From positions 96,001 through 160,000 of the forward strand of contig CAXXSL010000011.1 in the NCBI GenBank assembly GCA_963675525.2: DNA of 64,000 bases, read 5' to 3'. The position numbers and the translations under genes are program-made. The notes under the pieces were generated by a model, which saw nothing but the letters and a program-made list of their open reading frames with translations, made no database searches and was not told where the DNA came from. The stretch comes from Anaerohalosphaeraceae bacterium (GTDB taxonomy: Bacteria; Planctomycetota; Phycisphaerae; Sedimentisphaerales; Anaerohalosphaeraceae). Position 1 is the stretch's first letter. Each line of letters opens with the position of its first letter. This document shows, piece after piece, positions 48,032 to 58,486 of the stretch.

Positions 48032-48721
48032 TTAGCGTTTGCGTCTGATCAGAGACAATCCACCCAGTCCCAGCAGAGCCAGCGTAGCCGGCTCAGGAAC
48101 GGCGATCTGGACATTGTCAATGTAAAAAGTTGCGCCGGCGTCAAAAAGAAGAGTCGTTTCGCCGGTAATCGGATCCGCGTCGCTCCATACGTCTCCGGCA
48201 GAGTTGCTCATGATACCAAGGTTGGAACCCCAACCCGAAGCCCCCGCCAGGACAGCAGCCATGGCATCAGCAGGAAGCTGGAGGCTAATACTCACTGTTT
48301 CGCCATTAATAAGCTTCCCGTCCGCCCAAACAGGAGCGTTCCAATAGCCGTCGGCGTTTATCAGGAGACCGACTGAAGCATCGTAGCCATACTCTGTGAC
48401 ACCGTCTGTGCCGAGTACATTCCATGAAGCGGTCACATCGAAAGTTACGGTTCCTACTGTGCTTAACCCGCCCAGCAATTCAGCATTACCTGAAATGTTC
48501 ATTTCCATCATGTCGTTCCATCCGCCATCAGCGCAGTCAGCCTCCATGGACCATGTGCCCAAGGTAGCATTACTTTCAACTGGCGTAAGTACCGTACCCC
48601 AGCCTGTCCACCAACCATCCATGCTGCCACCTTCAAAATCACCGACGAGGACATTATAATCGCCAAAACTCACTGACGCCATCGCCAGTACACACACTGA
48701 TACTAATAGTTTTCTTTTCAT
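48032..48721 (-). CDS. PEP-CTERM sorting-domain protein with a CBM-like jelly-roll domain
   Basis: Signal peptide; SD GAGGAG; C-terminal VPEPATLALLGLGGLSLIRRKR; GDFE...FYIDNV domain borders. Confidence 0.93.
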   Translation of the reverse strand: MKRKLLVSVCVLAMASVSFGDYNVLVGDFEGGSMDGWWTGWGTVLTPVESNATLGTWSMEADCADGGWNDMMEMNISGNAELLGGLSTVGTVTFDVTASWNVLGTDGVTEYGYDASVGLLINADGYWNAPVWADGKLINGETVSISLQLPADAMAAVLAGASGWGSNLGIMSNSAGDVWSDADPITGETTLLFDAGATFYIDNVQIAVPEPATLALLGLGGLSLIRRKR

Positions 48722-48909
48722 CTCACCTACTCCTCATTAAACTTTTACATTGTTTAATAACTACACGTAATCACACACTTTCACACACACACTTCATAGA
48801 AACGTCGGGATTACCCCATAGCAATAGCTACAGTATACCAAAAATCGCAATCTTTTTTTTTATTTTCTCGGGTTTTTTACCTATCTATTTAACTTTTAGC
48901 TTAGAAACA

Positions 48910-50772
48910 CTAATACGACAAGCCATATCCAAAATCAAACAGTGGTTTGTAATCCTTATCACCAAGATTGATCGGGATCTGAGACATGGACCGCGGCCAG
49001 GTAAATGAGAGCTTACCGGTCGGTTTATAGTCACCCAACAGGACATCTGCAACCCCCTGCCCTTCTGTTCCGGGGAGCCAGGCTGCAATAAAGGCATCAG
49101 CTTGTTCCAACACTTCGTTAATGATCATCGGACGTCCCGAAAACAGGACAACAACCACCGGAATCTGCGCATTCTTCATGTTCTTAACCGCTTCAAGATC
49201 CTCTTGTGCCAATGACAGGTTGTTCGTGTCGCCGTAACCTTCTGCATAGGGGGTTTCGCCGATAACCACCACGCCAATATCCGCTCCTGAAGCCCCCTTG
49301 CCGTTTTCAGAAAATGTCACCTGAGTATCTTTAGAAACGGCCTTTTTGATCGCTCCCAAAACGGTCGTACCACCGGTGGTCACATCGCCGGATTTGCCCT
49401 GCCACTGAATGGTCCAACCGCCGCACTGATTGCCGATATTATCCGCACTCTTGCCGCCCACATGAATCCGTGTTGCCTTCTTTGAGATCGGCAGCGTTTT
49501 ATTTTCATTTTTCAGCAGCACAAGGGACTCGCGCACCGCCTGGCGGGCGACTTGCCGATGGGCATCTGAACCGAATTCTTTATGCAGATTCCGGTCGGCT
49601 TTAAGATCGTAGTCCGGTTCCATCAGCCCCATGGCAAACTTAACCCGAAGGATACGCCGAACCGCATCATCGATCCGCGACATCGGCACGACACCCTCGT
49701 TAACCAGTTCTAACAATCGACCGAAAAATTCACGATAGTGTTTCGGCTCCATGGCCATGTCCATGCCCGCATTGACGGAAATCCCAATAGACTTTTTGAA
49801 ATCCGGATCAATCTGCTTGATCGCCTCATAATCGGAGATCAAAAAACCCTCAAAGCCCAATTCTTCTTTTAAAACCGTCGTTAGAAGGTATTTTTGGCCG
49901 GAACACTTCACCCCGTTCCAACTGCTGTAGGAAGGCATGATGGAACCAACCCCGGCCTGGATCGCTGACGGATACGGACGCAGGTGAATTTTTCGCAGCG
50001 TCTCTTCATCAACCCGCGTGTCTCCCTGATCAAGTCCTTTTCTATCTTCCGACGACCCAAATGCCGTTCCTCCATCGCCCACGTAATGCTTGGCACAGGC
50101 AAGAACTGATTCCGGGTCATTTAGATCATTTCCCTGGAGTCCGCGTACTGCCGCGGCTCCGAGAAGCGCTGACAACTTTGGATCTTCTGAAAATCCTTCA
50201 TAGGTCCGGCCCCATCGCTCATCCTGCGGAACCGTCACACAGGGAGCAAAGGTCCACTGGATTCCTGTCGCACGAACTTCTTTTGCGGTGATCCGTGCCA
50301 TCTCTTCGACCAGAGCGGGGTTCCGCGTACACCCCAGCCCGATATTATGCGGAAAGATCACAGCCCCGAGTACATTGCTGTGTCCGTGCACCGCATCGAT
50401 CCCGTAGAGCAACGGAATTTTCAAACGGGTTAACTGCGTGTGCTGCTGCAGTTGTTCATACATATCTGTCCAAGCCTCCACACTGTTGCCGGCTTCGGGG
50501 TCCGAACTGCCGCCGCTGAGAATGGAACCGAGAAAATACATATCTATGTCAGCCGGATCTTTCAGCCCCGCATTTTCGGCCTGAATCATCTGACCGATCT
50601 TTTCTTCGATCGTCATCTTTGCCAATAGTACATTGACCTGCGAATCGTAAGAAGCAAGCGATTGAGGTTGGAACTCCGAGAGCCTGTTTTGGCAGGAAGT
50701 CAGAAGAGCTGTTAATAACGACACACACAACAAGACTGCCACACGGCGGTAGAAAAAATCATGTTTCTTCAT
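48910..50772 (-). CDS. GH3 beta-glucosidase/glucan exohydrolase, lipoprotein
   Basis: [72 protein letters not shown]; lipobox LTS-C. Confidence 0.95.
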   Translation of the reverse strand: MKKHDFFYRRVAVLLCVSLLTALLTSCQNRLSEFQPQSLASYDSQVNVLLAKMTIEEKIGQMIQAENAGLKDPADIDMYFLGSILSGGSSDPEAGNSVEAWTDMYEQLQQHTQLTRLKIPLLYGIDAVHGHSNVLGAVIFPHNIGLGCTRNPALVEEMARITAKEVRATGIQWTFAPCVTVPQDERWGRTYEGFSEDPKLSALLGAAAVRGLQGNDLNDPESVLACAKHYVGDGGTAFGSSEDRKGLDQGDTRVDEETLRKIHLRPYPSAIQAGVGSIMPSYSSWNGVKCSGQKYLLTTVLKEELGFEGFLISDYEAIKQIDPDFKKSIGISVNAGMDMAMEPKHYREFFGRLLELVNEGVVPMSRIDDAVRRILRVKFAMGLMEPDYDLKADRNLHKEFGSDAHRQVARQAVRESLVLLKNENKTLPISKKATRIHVGGKSADNIGNQCGGWTIQWQGKSGDVTTGGTTVLGAIKKAVSKDTQVTFSENGKGASGADIGVVVIGETPYAEGYGDTNNLSLAQEDLEAVKNMKNAQIPVVVVLFSGRPMIINEVLEQADAFIAAWLPGTEGQGVADVLLGDYKPTGKLSFTWPRSMSQIPINLGDKDYKPLFDFGYGLSY

Positions 50773-51059
50773 CGAAAATCCTTTTTGCTGATAGTAATAA
50801 CATCTTTTTAGTTTGTAATAACTCACGCTTTCATAGTTGGAATTACCTATCTTTATATAGCCTTAAAATAAGGATTTAAGGAAAAAAAACAAATTTCTTG
50901 CTAAAATCACGAACAGTTTGCTTGTAACTGACTATTAAATAGAAACTTAAAAATTTTAAGTCATTGCTGTAAAGAGACCATCGGTGAAACACTTAAGGTG
51001 AGGGCGTTGTTTCCTTTTGTAATAAAAAACTCAACAGAATATACTCCGAATGACTGATC

Positions 51060-51202
51060 CAGGCATTTCGGGGTTTGGTTTAATCCCATTTAGATTTCAA
51101 ATCACCGCTGCCAGTGCCCAACTCTAATTAGTGCTTGTACTCTCGAAGATCCAAATACCTAATTGTAGACCTCAATTCCAATTCAGGTACAGTGACTTTC
51201 AT
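51060..51202 (-). pseudogene. Possible decayed class I SAM-methyltransferase fragment
   Basis: MKVTVPELELRSTIRYLDLREYKH*LELGTGSGD (motif I-like), then GIKPNPEM in another frame. Confidence 0.3.
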
Positions 51203-51435
51203 GTCCGGAATTATAGCACATGTTGAATGAAAGCGCAATTATTTTTTTATATCTTTGTCTCAAGATTCAGATCAACAAATTAGGATTCCCGGAAGGAGAC
51301 TTGTATTTTCTGTTTTTGAACCAGTCAAGGCATGTGTATTTTCGTTCCTCAACAAAGCATCGTTACAATGCATATAACAACAGCTAATCCATACGGTTCA
51401 ACGAAAACCTTTTTTTCTTACCTTTCGATATAGTA

Positions 51436-51900
51436 TTAAGAATTACTGATGAAACTATCAACTTCATCGCAGGTTGGCATAGACGGCTGCGCACCTAAGT
51501 TTGTTACACTGATAGCAGCAAACTATTTGCATAAACCGTTGCATCCTTTATTGACTTCCCATAAGCCATACCAGAGGCTGGAGCACCAGTAAAAGCATCG
51601 CCTGCGGGAGTACTGTCGATGGCTTTGAAGGGTCTGTTTGCCACATATTCAGCACCGGAGGCATTTGCCAGCACGAAATCTTTTTCACCTAAAGTCACAA
51701 TTACATCCTTAACACTTTTAGCCAACAGCAACTCTGCGGCTTGGCGAGCAGTATCCTGGTCTACTACTTCGACACCGGTAAGAAATTCAGCCTCAGTTTC
51801 ATTTGGCTTAATCACATCGACCCTAGATAATAACTCATCGCTTAATTCTGTTTCAGGCGCCGGGTCTGAAATAAATGGAACGTACACTTTTATTCCGCCG
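51436..51900 (-). pseudogene. Ribokinase (PfkB family) C-terminal remnant
   Basis: DPAP, PNETEA..LTG, VTLG, DSTPAGDAF.G; the tail SVTNLGAQPSMP continues in a shifted frame; N-terminal half absent. Confidence 0.85.
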
Positions 51901-51935
51901 TTTACATTTTAGAGTCTGTCTATTGGTGGTTATTT

Positions 51936-53057
51936 TTATTCGATTGTATAGCCGGGCGCGATCCGTTCGGGATAATCGGCCATGAGCTCAAGCGGTCCGC
52001 TGGGAATCGGCTCGTACCAGAAGGCCGTAGCGTTAACATCCTCCTGCTTGTTGTAATATCCGCCACCGCCTTCATCGCCGGCGCCGATCTGCTGAAGGGT
52101 GATGCGAATATCTTTTTTCCAGTAGAGCGGGTCATGTAAATGCCAGCGATAGAGCGTCCATCGCCAGTCTTTTCGCAGGCTTACACCGCCGTAGAGAAAC
52201 GCGTTTTCGTGGAAACCCCATGCCTGACCAATGTAGTCCTCCGTGCCGGTACCGCAAATCGTCGGAAACTCATCATCGCCATCGAGGTAAGCCTTGAATT
52301 CGCCTTCCCCCCACCACTTTTTATCAACATTATTAATACCGATGACACACCCGGCAAAGCGGCCCATGCCGATTCGTTTCGGCAGAATGGTGAAGTCTTC
52401 ACCTAGCGTGGTCGGGTTCTCGCGGCGCCAGGCAACATGCAGACGCCCTACGTCGGCGGGCAGCGTTTCATTGATCGTCAAGTCGATTTGGTAGTAGAAG
52501 GGCACATATTCATTGGGGCCTTCGTTGGTAACGGTAAATCTGGCGCTATTCGTAAACGGCATGGGCAGAAAAATCGACATGCCCGCGGTATCCGTCATAG
52601 AGTGTACCGCTGACTGATAGGCCTTTGCATAGCCGTGAGCGCAGCCGAAAAAATTGCCGATGGGTGCTTCGATGGACGGTGTTTTTTGACCGTCCCAGTA
52701 GCCGCGGATGACAAAACCCAGCAGGTTTTCAGGTTTTGCCGGCAGGGTGACCCATATCCGCCGAATGACACCGGGGCCTTTGACATCACAGAGCGTGACG
52801 GTCTGGCCGGGACCAATGTTGGTCAGAGCGGCACCTTTGCGGCCGACGCCGATTTTGCTGGCGGCCATGCCGCCTTTGCCCTTGGCCCCGGTCGGATTTT
52901 CAAAACTGATGGAGCGGGACTCAATCGGAACATTGACAACATACGGCTTTGAAGCAATATCGTCAGACCAACTAACATCATCAAATGAGTTGACCGATGT
53001 GCATCCGGCAAAGAGGGTAAGCAATACTACAAACGAAGGTACCAATTCTTTCGACAT
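51936..53057 (-). CDS. DUF2961 / GH172 family lipoprotein
   Basis: SISFENPTG.KG.GG, GPG.IRRIW.T, YWDG...PS.E.P.G.FFG, PMPF, YYQID, WWGEGE, GTGTEDY; lipobox FAG-C. Confidence 0.9.
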   Translation of the reverse strand: MSKELVPSFVVLLTLFAGCTSVNSFDDVSWSDDIASKPYVVNVPIESRSISFENPTGAKGKGGMAASKIGVGRKGAALTNIGPGQTVTLCDVKGPGVIRRIWVTLPAKPENLLGFVIRGYWDGQKTPSIEAPIGNFFGCAHGYAKAYQSAVHSMTDTAGMSIFLPMPFTNSARFTVTNEGPNEYVPFYYQIDLTINETLPADVGRLHVAWRRENPTTLGEDFTILPKRIGMGRFAGCVIGINNVDKKWWGEGEFKAYLDGDDEFPTICGTGTEDYIGQAWGFHENAFLYGGVSLRKDWRWTLYRWHLHDPLYWKKDIRITLQQIGAGDEGGGGYYNKQEDVNATAFWYEPIPSGPLELMADYPERIAPGYTIE

Positions 53058-53117
53058 GATTTCTCCTATTATTTTAAGGTTATTTTAGACTTTGGAGAGG
53101 GCCTCTGAATCTTTCGT

Positions 53118-53789
53118 TTACGGATGTGACCACTTTAGGGCATCAAGTGAAACCTCGGACAGATCGACGGCCCAGAAATCAGCGTCACATAATTGCGCTT
53201 GAGTAAATGAACTTGTCAATGCCAAACAGTGTGCACCGGCCGCTTTAGCCGCGGCAACCCCCGTAACTGCGTCCTCAACCACAAGGCAATTCTGCGAAGC
53301 AAATCCCAAACGCTCAGCGGCGAGCAGAAAAATATCTGGCGCCGGTTTCTTATAAATCACGTCTTCAGCCGTAATGACCGCATCGAAACGATCGGTGCCC
53401 AACCCAATCTCGGCCAAATTACCCATAACTTTTCGCCGGTCGGCACTGGAAGCAACAGCGATCTTTTTACCCATAGACTGACAAACTTCGATGAATTCAT
53501 AAACACCCGGCAAGGGTTTGAGTGATCCCTTGATGATCTGAAGGTATATATCATAGGTGCGTTTCTTGGCCGTATTGATATCAACAGGAAATTTGTATTT
53601 TTCCGCAACTCCTCCAATATACCGATCTTCGCCGGTGCCGACAAACGGGAGAAAATCATCCGGATGCACCGTCAAGCCCTTTTCCTTAAACATTCGGCAG
53701 GAAGCCTCGCAGATGAATTCCTCGGAATCCACCAACACACCATCCATATCAAATATGACTCCCAAAGGAAGTTCGTACTCTGTTGTCAT
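53118..53789 (-). CDS. HAD-superfamily hydrolase (subfamily IA, beta-PGM/sugar phosphatase-like)
   Basis: IFDMDGVLVDSE, ASS, KPAPDIFL, VVEDA..GV.AAKAAG. Confidence 0.92.
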   Translation of the reverse strand: MTTEYELPLGVIFDMDGVLVDSEEFICEASCRMFKEKGLTVHPDDFLPFVGTGEDRYIGGVAEKYKFPVDINTAKKRTYDIYLQIIKGSLKPLPGVYEFIEVCQSMGKKIAVASSADRRKVMGNLAEIGLGTDRFDAVITAEDVIYKKPAPDIFLLAAERLGFASQNCLVVEDAVTGVAAAKAAGAHCLALTSSFTQAQLCDADFWAVDLSEVSLDALKWSHP

Positions 53790-53967
53790 TGTTTATGTCC
53801 TTTTAGGGATGCATACGTATTAACAGTACAAAAACACCGACTTACGGTTTAAACGACTGAATTTAACCGCGCGCATATCCCATGCCGGTTTTATAGCCTT
53901 TTCCGACCTCACCAAACCAGTTTCCGATGTACCAGAAATGATTAGATATTTTGCTGTCTCCACTCTT

Positions 53968-54917
53968 TTATTCAGCAACTAACCACTCACCGCCATGCTC
54001 AAGGTTGTCTTTCGTAAATACACGGGAGTTGAGAGTGATTTCCTTTTCAACTGGTTGTTTCTGAAATATCTTCATGGCCGTTTCAATGGCTTCTTTTCCG
54101 CCGGTCGGGTATTCAAAGCTGGCCGAAAGGATGCCCTGCTTGACATAGGCCTGCCCTTCCTGCGGCAATCCGTCGATCCCCACAAAAAGCATCTCTTTTT
54201 CACGACCGGCAGCGGCAGCGGCCAGATAGGCACCGTGGGCGCCGGGGTCGTTATGGGCATAGACCAAATCGATGTTCTCAAATCGTGCCAGTGCCGATTC
54301 CATTTCTTTGCGGGCATTCGGCTCCAGCCATTTCATATCGGCTTCAAAAATAATGTCGAGCTGACTGCCTTCAATCCCGCACGAAACCCGGTATGTCTGT
54401 CCTGTCCGGGCGTGGAGGTCATCAGGCCTTTCAGTTCGACAACATTTCCTTTGCCGCCGAGTTTTTCAACAATCCATTTTCCGGCGGCGGTGCCGATTTT
54501 TTTATTGTCAGCCCCGATGAAAGAAGTGTATTGGTCGGCTAATACACGGCGATCCAGAACAATGACGGGAATGCCCTGCTTGTAGGCCTGTGCGACTACG
54601 GGGGTCAGCGGAGCGGCTTCTTTGGGCGAGATAATAATTAAATCAACGCCGGCACTGATGAATTCCTCCATCTGGGCCTGCTGCTTCAAGGTGTCGTTCT
54701 GTGCATCCTTGAAAATGACTTTTAATTCAGGCTGTTGTTCGGCAGCGGCTTTGATATCAGCGTTCATCTGGACACGCCAGGGTTCTCCCAGATTGCACTG
54801 GCTCATGCCAATCGTCCAACCGGTCTTTTCAACCTGAGAATCATCTTTTTTTTGACAACCCGTTGTGAACACGAGCATCATTGCAATCAATAGTGACAGT
54901 ATTTTTACCCTTTTCAT
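53968..54917 (-). pseudogene. Sugar ABC transporter substrate-binding lipoprotein (RbsB-like), split by a 1-nt frameshift near 54377
   Basis: ORFs 54333..54917 and 53968..54336 join as GFRAG-IEGSQLDIIFEADMKWL if one G is added to the GGG run; lipobox TTG-C; VYAHND, VGIDG. Confidence 0.85.
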
Positions 54918-54932
54918 TGTGCTATCCTTTCG

Positions 54933-55928
54933 TTATTTGTTTTTCTGCAATAAAACCGCCGCAACAATAATGACACCGGTCAACATCAATCGCTTGTCTT
55001 CGCCGACCGCGTTGATACTGAGAATTTTTTCCAAATAGCCAATGGTCAGAATACCAATCAGTGTCAGCCAGATACTGCCCTTGCCTCCCTGCAATGTGGT
55101 CCCGCCAATCACGACCATGGCAATGGCTGACAGTTCGTACGCTGTTCCCGCTTCCGGGTCGCCCTGAAACTCCTGCGCAGCCTGACAAATTCCGGCTACC
55201 GCGGCAAACAGCCCGCTCATCCCATAGGCCAGAATTTTAATTGGATTGACCGGCACGCCGGATAGTCTTGCAGATTCTTCATTGCCACCGATGGCATACA
55301 CATACCGTCCCTGCCGGAGTTTTTTCAGCAACAACCATGAGATTAAAATGCACACAAGAAGAATGACCGTTACGACGGTAATATTGCCGCCGAAGACTTT
55401 CGCGTTGATGAGATTGAAGATTTCGGGGATATCCACATACTGATAGGTGCCGTCGGGTTGCTGGACGGCCGTGGAGATTTTCTGGCCGCCGGAGACCCAC
55501 TTGGCCAACCCGCGTGCAAAGACCATCATCGCCAGCGTGGCGATAAACGGCTGAATCTTAAACTTACCGATTAAAAAGCCGGACAACGCACCGCAGCAGG
55601 TTCCGGCAATGATACAAATAATAATCGCCAGAAAAGCACCCCATTGCCAGTGAATCGATACCAAGGAAAACATGACGGCCGTAAACGCAAGCACACTGCC
55701 GACGGACAAATCAATACCTCCGGCAATAATTACAATCGTCATGCCGCAGGCCAAGATGCCGTACACGGAAACGGCGCGAAGCATGTCTCGATGTGTACCC
55801 CACTTGTAGAAAGCGCCATCGGCATGAAACATCAGCCCCAACGCCACTACGACAATGAGTGCACCCAGCGCCCGCGTTGTGGGAGAATGGAGAAAATCTG
55901 TTCGCGATTTTGCTAAATCTTTTGTCAT
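54933..55928 (-). CDS. Sugar ABC transporter permease (RbsC-like)
   Basis: GMT.VII.GGIDLSVGS, PFIATLA, YAIGGNE..ARLSG, YEL.AIA.VVIGGT. Confidence 0.95.
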   Translation of the reverse strand: MTKDLAKSRTDFLHSPTTRALGALIVVVALGLMFHADGAFYKWGTHRDMLRAVSVYGILACGMTIVIIAGGIDLSVGSVLAFTAVMFSLVSIHWQWGAFLAIIICIIAGTCCGALSGFLIGKFKIQPFIATLAMMVFARGLAKWVSGGQKISTAVQQPDGTYQYVDIPEIFNLINAKVFGGNITVVTVILLVCILISWLLLKKLRQGRYVYAIGGNEESARLSGVPVNPIKILAYGMSGLFAAVAGICQAAQEFQGDPEAGTAYELSAIAMVVIGGTTLQGGKGSIWLTLIGILTIGYLEKILSINAVGEDKRLMLTGVIIVAAVLLQKNK

Positions 55929-55930
55929 AA

Positions 55931-57454
55931 CTATGATTCCTCTTTTACGGTTTGCCCCAGTGCGGCGTTAAGTATTTTTTCCTGCGTAGCCTGATCGCCG
56001 GAAAACTCGGCGGTTATTCGGCCCCGATGCATGACCATAATCCGGTCGCTCATCGCCAGCAACTCGGGCATTTCTGATGTGATCAAAACAATGGCCAGCC
56101 CCACCTGTGTCCATTGATTCATCAACTCGTAAATTTCCTGTTTGGCTCCCACGTCCACACCCCGCGTCGGTTCGTCAAGCAACAAGACTTTGGGGTCGGT
56201 CTGAATCCATTTGGCCAGTACCACTTTCTGCTGATTGCCGCCGGACAATGCGTTGACCGGTTGGTGTAAACTTTCCGCCTTTAAACGAAGTGATCGGACG
56301 GTTTCGGATACGGCCTTTTTTTCCGCAGCGGGACGAAGCCAACTATTGGGCGAAAACTTTTGCAACGACGCCAGTGACGCATTATACAAAACAGGCATCT
56401 CCAACACCAGGCCGGAAGTTTTTCGGTCATTGGTGAGTAAGGCCACCCCCTGCTGAATCGAGCAGGCGGGATTTGAAATGGGTTGTTCCTTGCCATCAAT
56501 CTTCACAGTGCCTTTTACGCGTGTTCCATAAGAGCCGAAAATGCCGTGCAGTAATTGGGAATTTCCGGAACCCTGCAATCCGGCAATGCCCAGAATCTCG
56601 CCGGCATGTACCTGAAACGAGACATCTTTGACAGCGGGGATGGGATTTTCGGCTGTTGCGGGAACAGTAATGCCGGATGCTTCCAGGCGGACATCGCCTC
56701 GCTTTGACTGATGTCTTGGAAATTGCTGGTCCAGTTCGCGCCCCACCATCCAATGGACTAATTTGTCAGAAGGCAGTTTTTCGGCTGTTTCGGTGCCGAT
56801 GTATTGGCCGTCACGGAGTACGCTGATGCGGTCAGCGATTTGATAAATCTCCTCCATTTTGTGAGATATATAAACAATGCCGCAGCCCTTTTGTTTTAAC
56901 TGCGCAATAATTGAGAAGAGTTTTTCCACTTCCGGTTCGGTCAAGGCGCTGGTTGGTTCATCCATGACAATGATTTTCGAGTTATATGACAATGCCTTGG
57001 CGATCTCAACCATCTGCTGAAGACCGATGGGCAACTCATCAACTGCCTGACTGACATTGATTTTCAGACCAAGCCCTTCCAGTAGATTCTGTGCACTTTG
57101 TTTCATCCGGTCATGATGAACCCAGGACAAGCGATGCATTTCACGCCCCAGGAAAATATTCTCATAGACGCTCAGGGTGCCCACCAGCGACAGTTCCTGA
57201 TGGATGATCGAAATGCCGCCGGCGGCGGCATCCTGAACTGACTTGAACTTCACCGGTTTGCCTTCCAACTGAATGGTTCCGGCATAATCGGTCAGCACGC
57301 CTCCCAGAATCTTCATGAGCGTGCTTTTGCCGGCGCCATTTTCACCAGCCAGGATATGAACCTCTGATGGACACAAGTCAAAGTGAACCTCCTTCAGAAC
57401 ATCCACAGGCCCGAAAGACTTCGATATTGTTTTCATTTCCAGCAAAGGCACCAT
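55931..57454 (-). CDS. Sugar ABC transporter ATP-binding protein (RbsA-like, two NBDs)
   Basis: GENGAGKSTL, MDEPT, YISH, LSGGNQQKV, LDEPTRGVDVGAK, SEMPEL. Confidence 0.96.
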   Translation of the reverse strand: MVPLLEMKTISKSFGPVDVLKEVHFDLCPSEVHILAGENGAGKSTLMKILGGVLTDYAGTIQLEGKPVKFKSVQDAAAGGISIIHQELSLVGTLSVYENIFLGREMHRLSWVHHDRMKQSAQNLLEGLGLKINVSQAVDELPIGLQQMVEIAKALSYNSKIIVMDEPTSALTEPEVEKLFSIIAQLKQKGCGIVYISHKMEEIYQIADRISVLRDGQYIGTETAEKLPSDKLVHWMVGRELDQQFPRHQSKRGDVRLEASGITVPATAENPIPAVKDVSFQVHAGEILGIAGLQGSGNSQLLHGIFGSYGTRVKGTVKIDGKEQPISNPACSIQQGVALLTNDRKTSGLVLEMPVLYNASLASLQKFSPNSWLRPAAEKKAVSETVRSLRLKAESLHQPVNALSGGNQQKVVLAKWIQTDPKVLLLDEPTRGVDVGAKQEIYELMNQWTQVGLAIVLITSEMPELLAMSDRIMVMHRGRITAEFSGDQATQEKILNAALGQTVKEES

Positions 57455-57536
57455 ACGAACACCCTGACGTTAACTTTTATTTGAAAGGTTTATTGACGAT
57501 TGTATTTAACCGCAAACGAATGCAGAAATCAAGCAA

Positions 57537-58484
57537 CTATTCCGGCGACGGTTGCCATCCATACGACATATATTGATGAACAAACGTTCCATCTTCAAAT
57601 AAGTCAAAGACACCGTAGCCTTCATCGCATTCCATGTGGTCACCTTGCCACCATTTCGCACATACCGCACCGTCACAAATGTAGGTCACGCCATTGTATT
57701 TGACATAATCCACCAGATGCAGGTGTCCGCTGATACATAACTTCACATTTTGATATTCGGCAAACAAATCTTTTATTCTTCTGGCATCCAGATGCATCCA
57801 TTGACGAGGCAATTTCCATTGTCCGTCTTTTTCATTGTCCCCATCCAAATACGCCGCAACCGACAGTATCGGAATATGTGAAACGATCACAATATATTTG
57901 TCCTGATTTTCCTTTAACTCCTGCCGCAACCACTGAAATTGCTCATTATCCAGACCCGCAGAATAATGTTCTCCCTCCGGCTGCACACTATCCAATATAA
58001 TAAAATGCCAGGAGTCTTTGGAAAAAGCGTAATAGCGATTCGGCAGTTCAAATTCCTGAATCGGCCTCTTTTTGCCCCAAAAAGATTCTTCACCGGTTGT
58101 TTCGCTATATTTTTTATTCCATCCCCAGGTGTCATGGTTTCCAATGCAATATTTGATCGGAATGCGACAATGTTCATCGAATACCTTTTTGAGTGTATCG
58201 TATTGAATGGCGACCCAATCGGCTTTGGCACCCATTGCGTCCATAACATGGTCACCGCCGGTAACCAACAATTCCGGCTTATCCTCTAATGCCTGCATAT
58301 GTTCCAGCGCTTGGGCCAATCCCTGCGGAGCGTTGCGTTTCGGCTCCATATGAATGTCTGTGAAATGGGCAAATCGAATCACACGTTGTGGATTCTTTCG
58401 GGCCTTGAGGGCAGAAGACTGCGAACATGAACTGGCGAATAACACCAACGATGAAAATAAAATAAATCGCATGTATTTTTTCAT
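57537..58484 (-). CDS. Calcineurin-like metallophosphoesterase, lipoprotein
   Basis: TDIH, GGD, GNHD, SHIP, SGHLH motifs; lipobox ASS-C. Confidence 0.9.
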   Translation of the reverse strand: MKKYMRFILFSSLVLFASSCSQSSALKARKNPQRVIRFAHFTDIHMEPKRNAPQGLAQALEHMQALEDKPELLVTGGDHVMDAMGAKADWVAIQYDTLKKVFDEHCRIPIKYCIGNHDTWGWNKKYSETTGEESFWGKKRPIQEFELPNRYYAFSKDSWHFIILDSVQPEGEHYSAGLDNEQFQWLRQELKENQDKYIVIVSHIPILSVAAYLDGDNEKDGQWKLPRQWMHLDARRIKDLFAEYQNVKLCISGHLHLVDYVKYNGVTYICDGAVCAKWWQGDHMECDEGYGVFDLFEDGTFVHQYMSYGWQPSPE

Positions 58485-58486
58485 AT

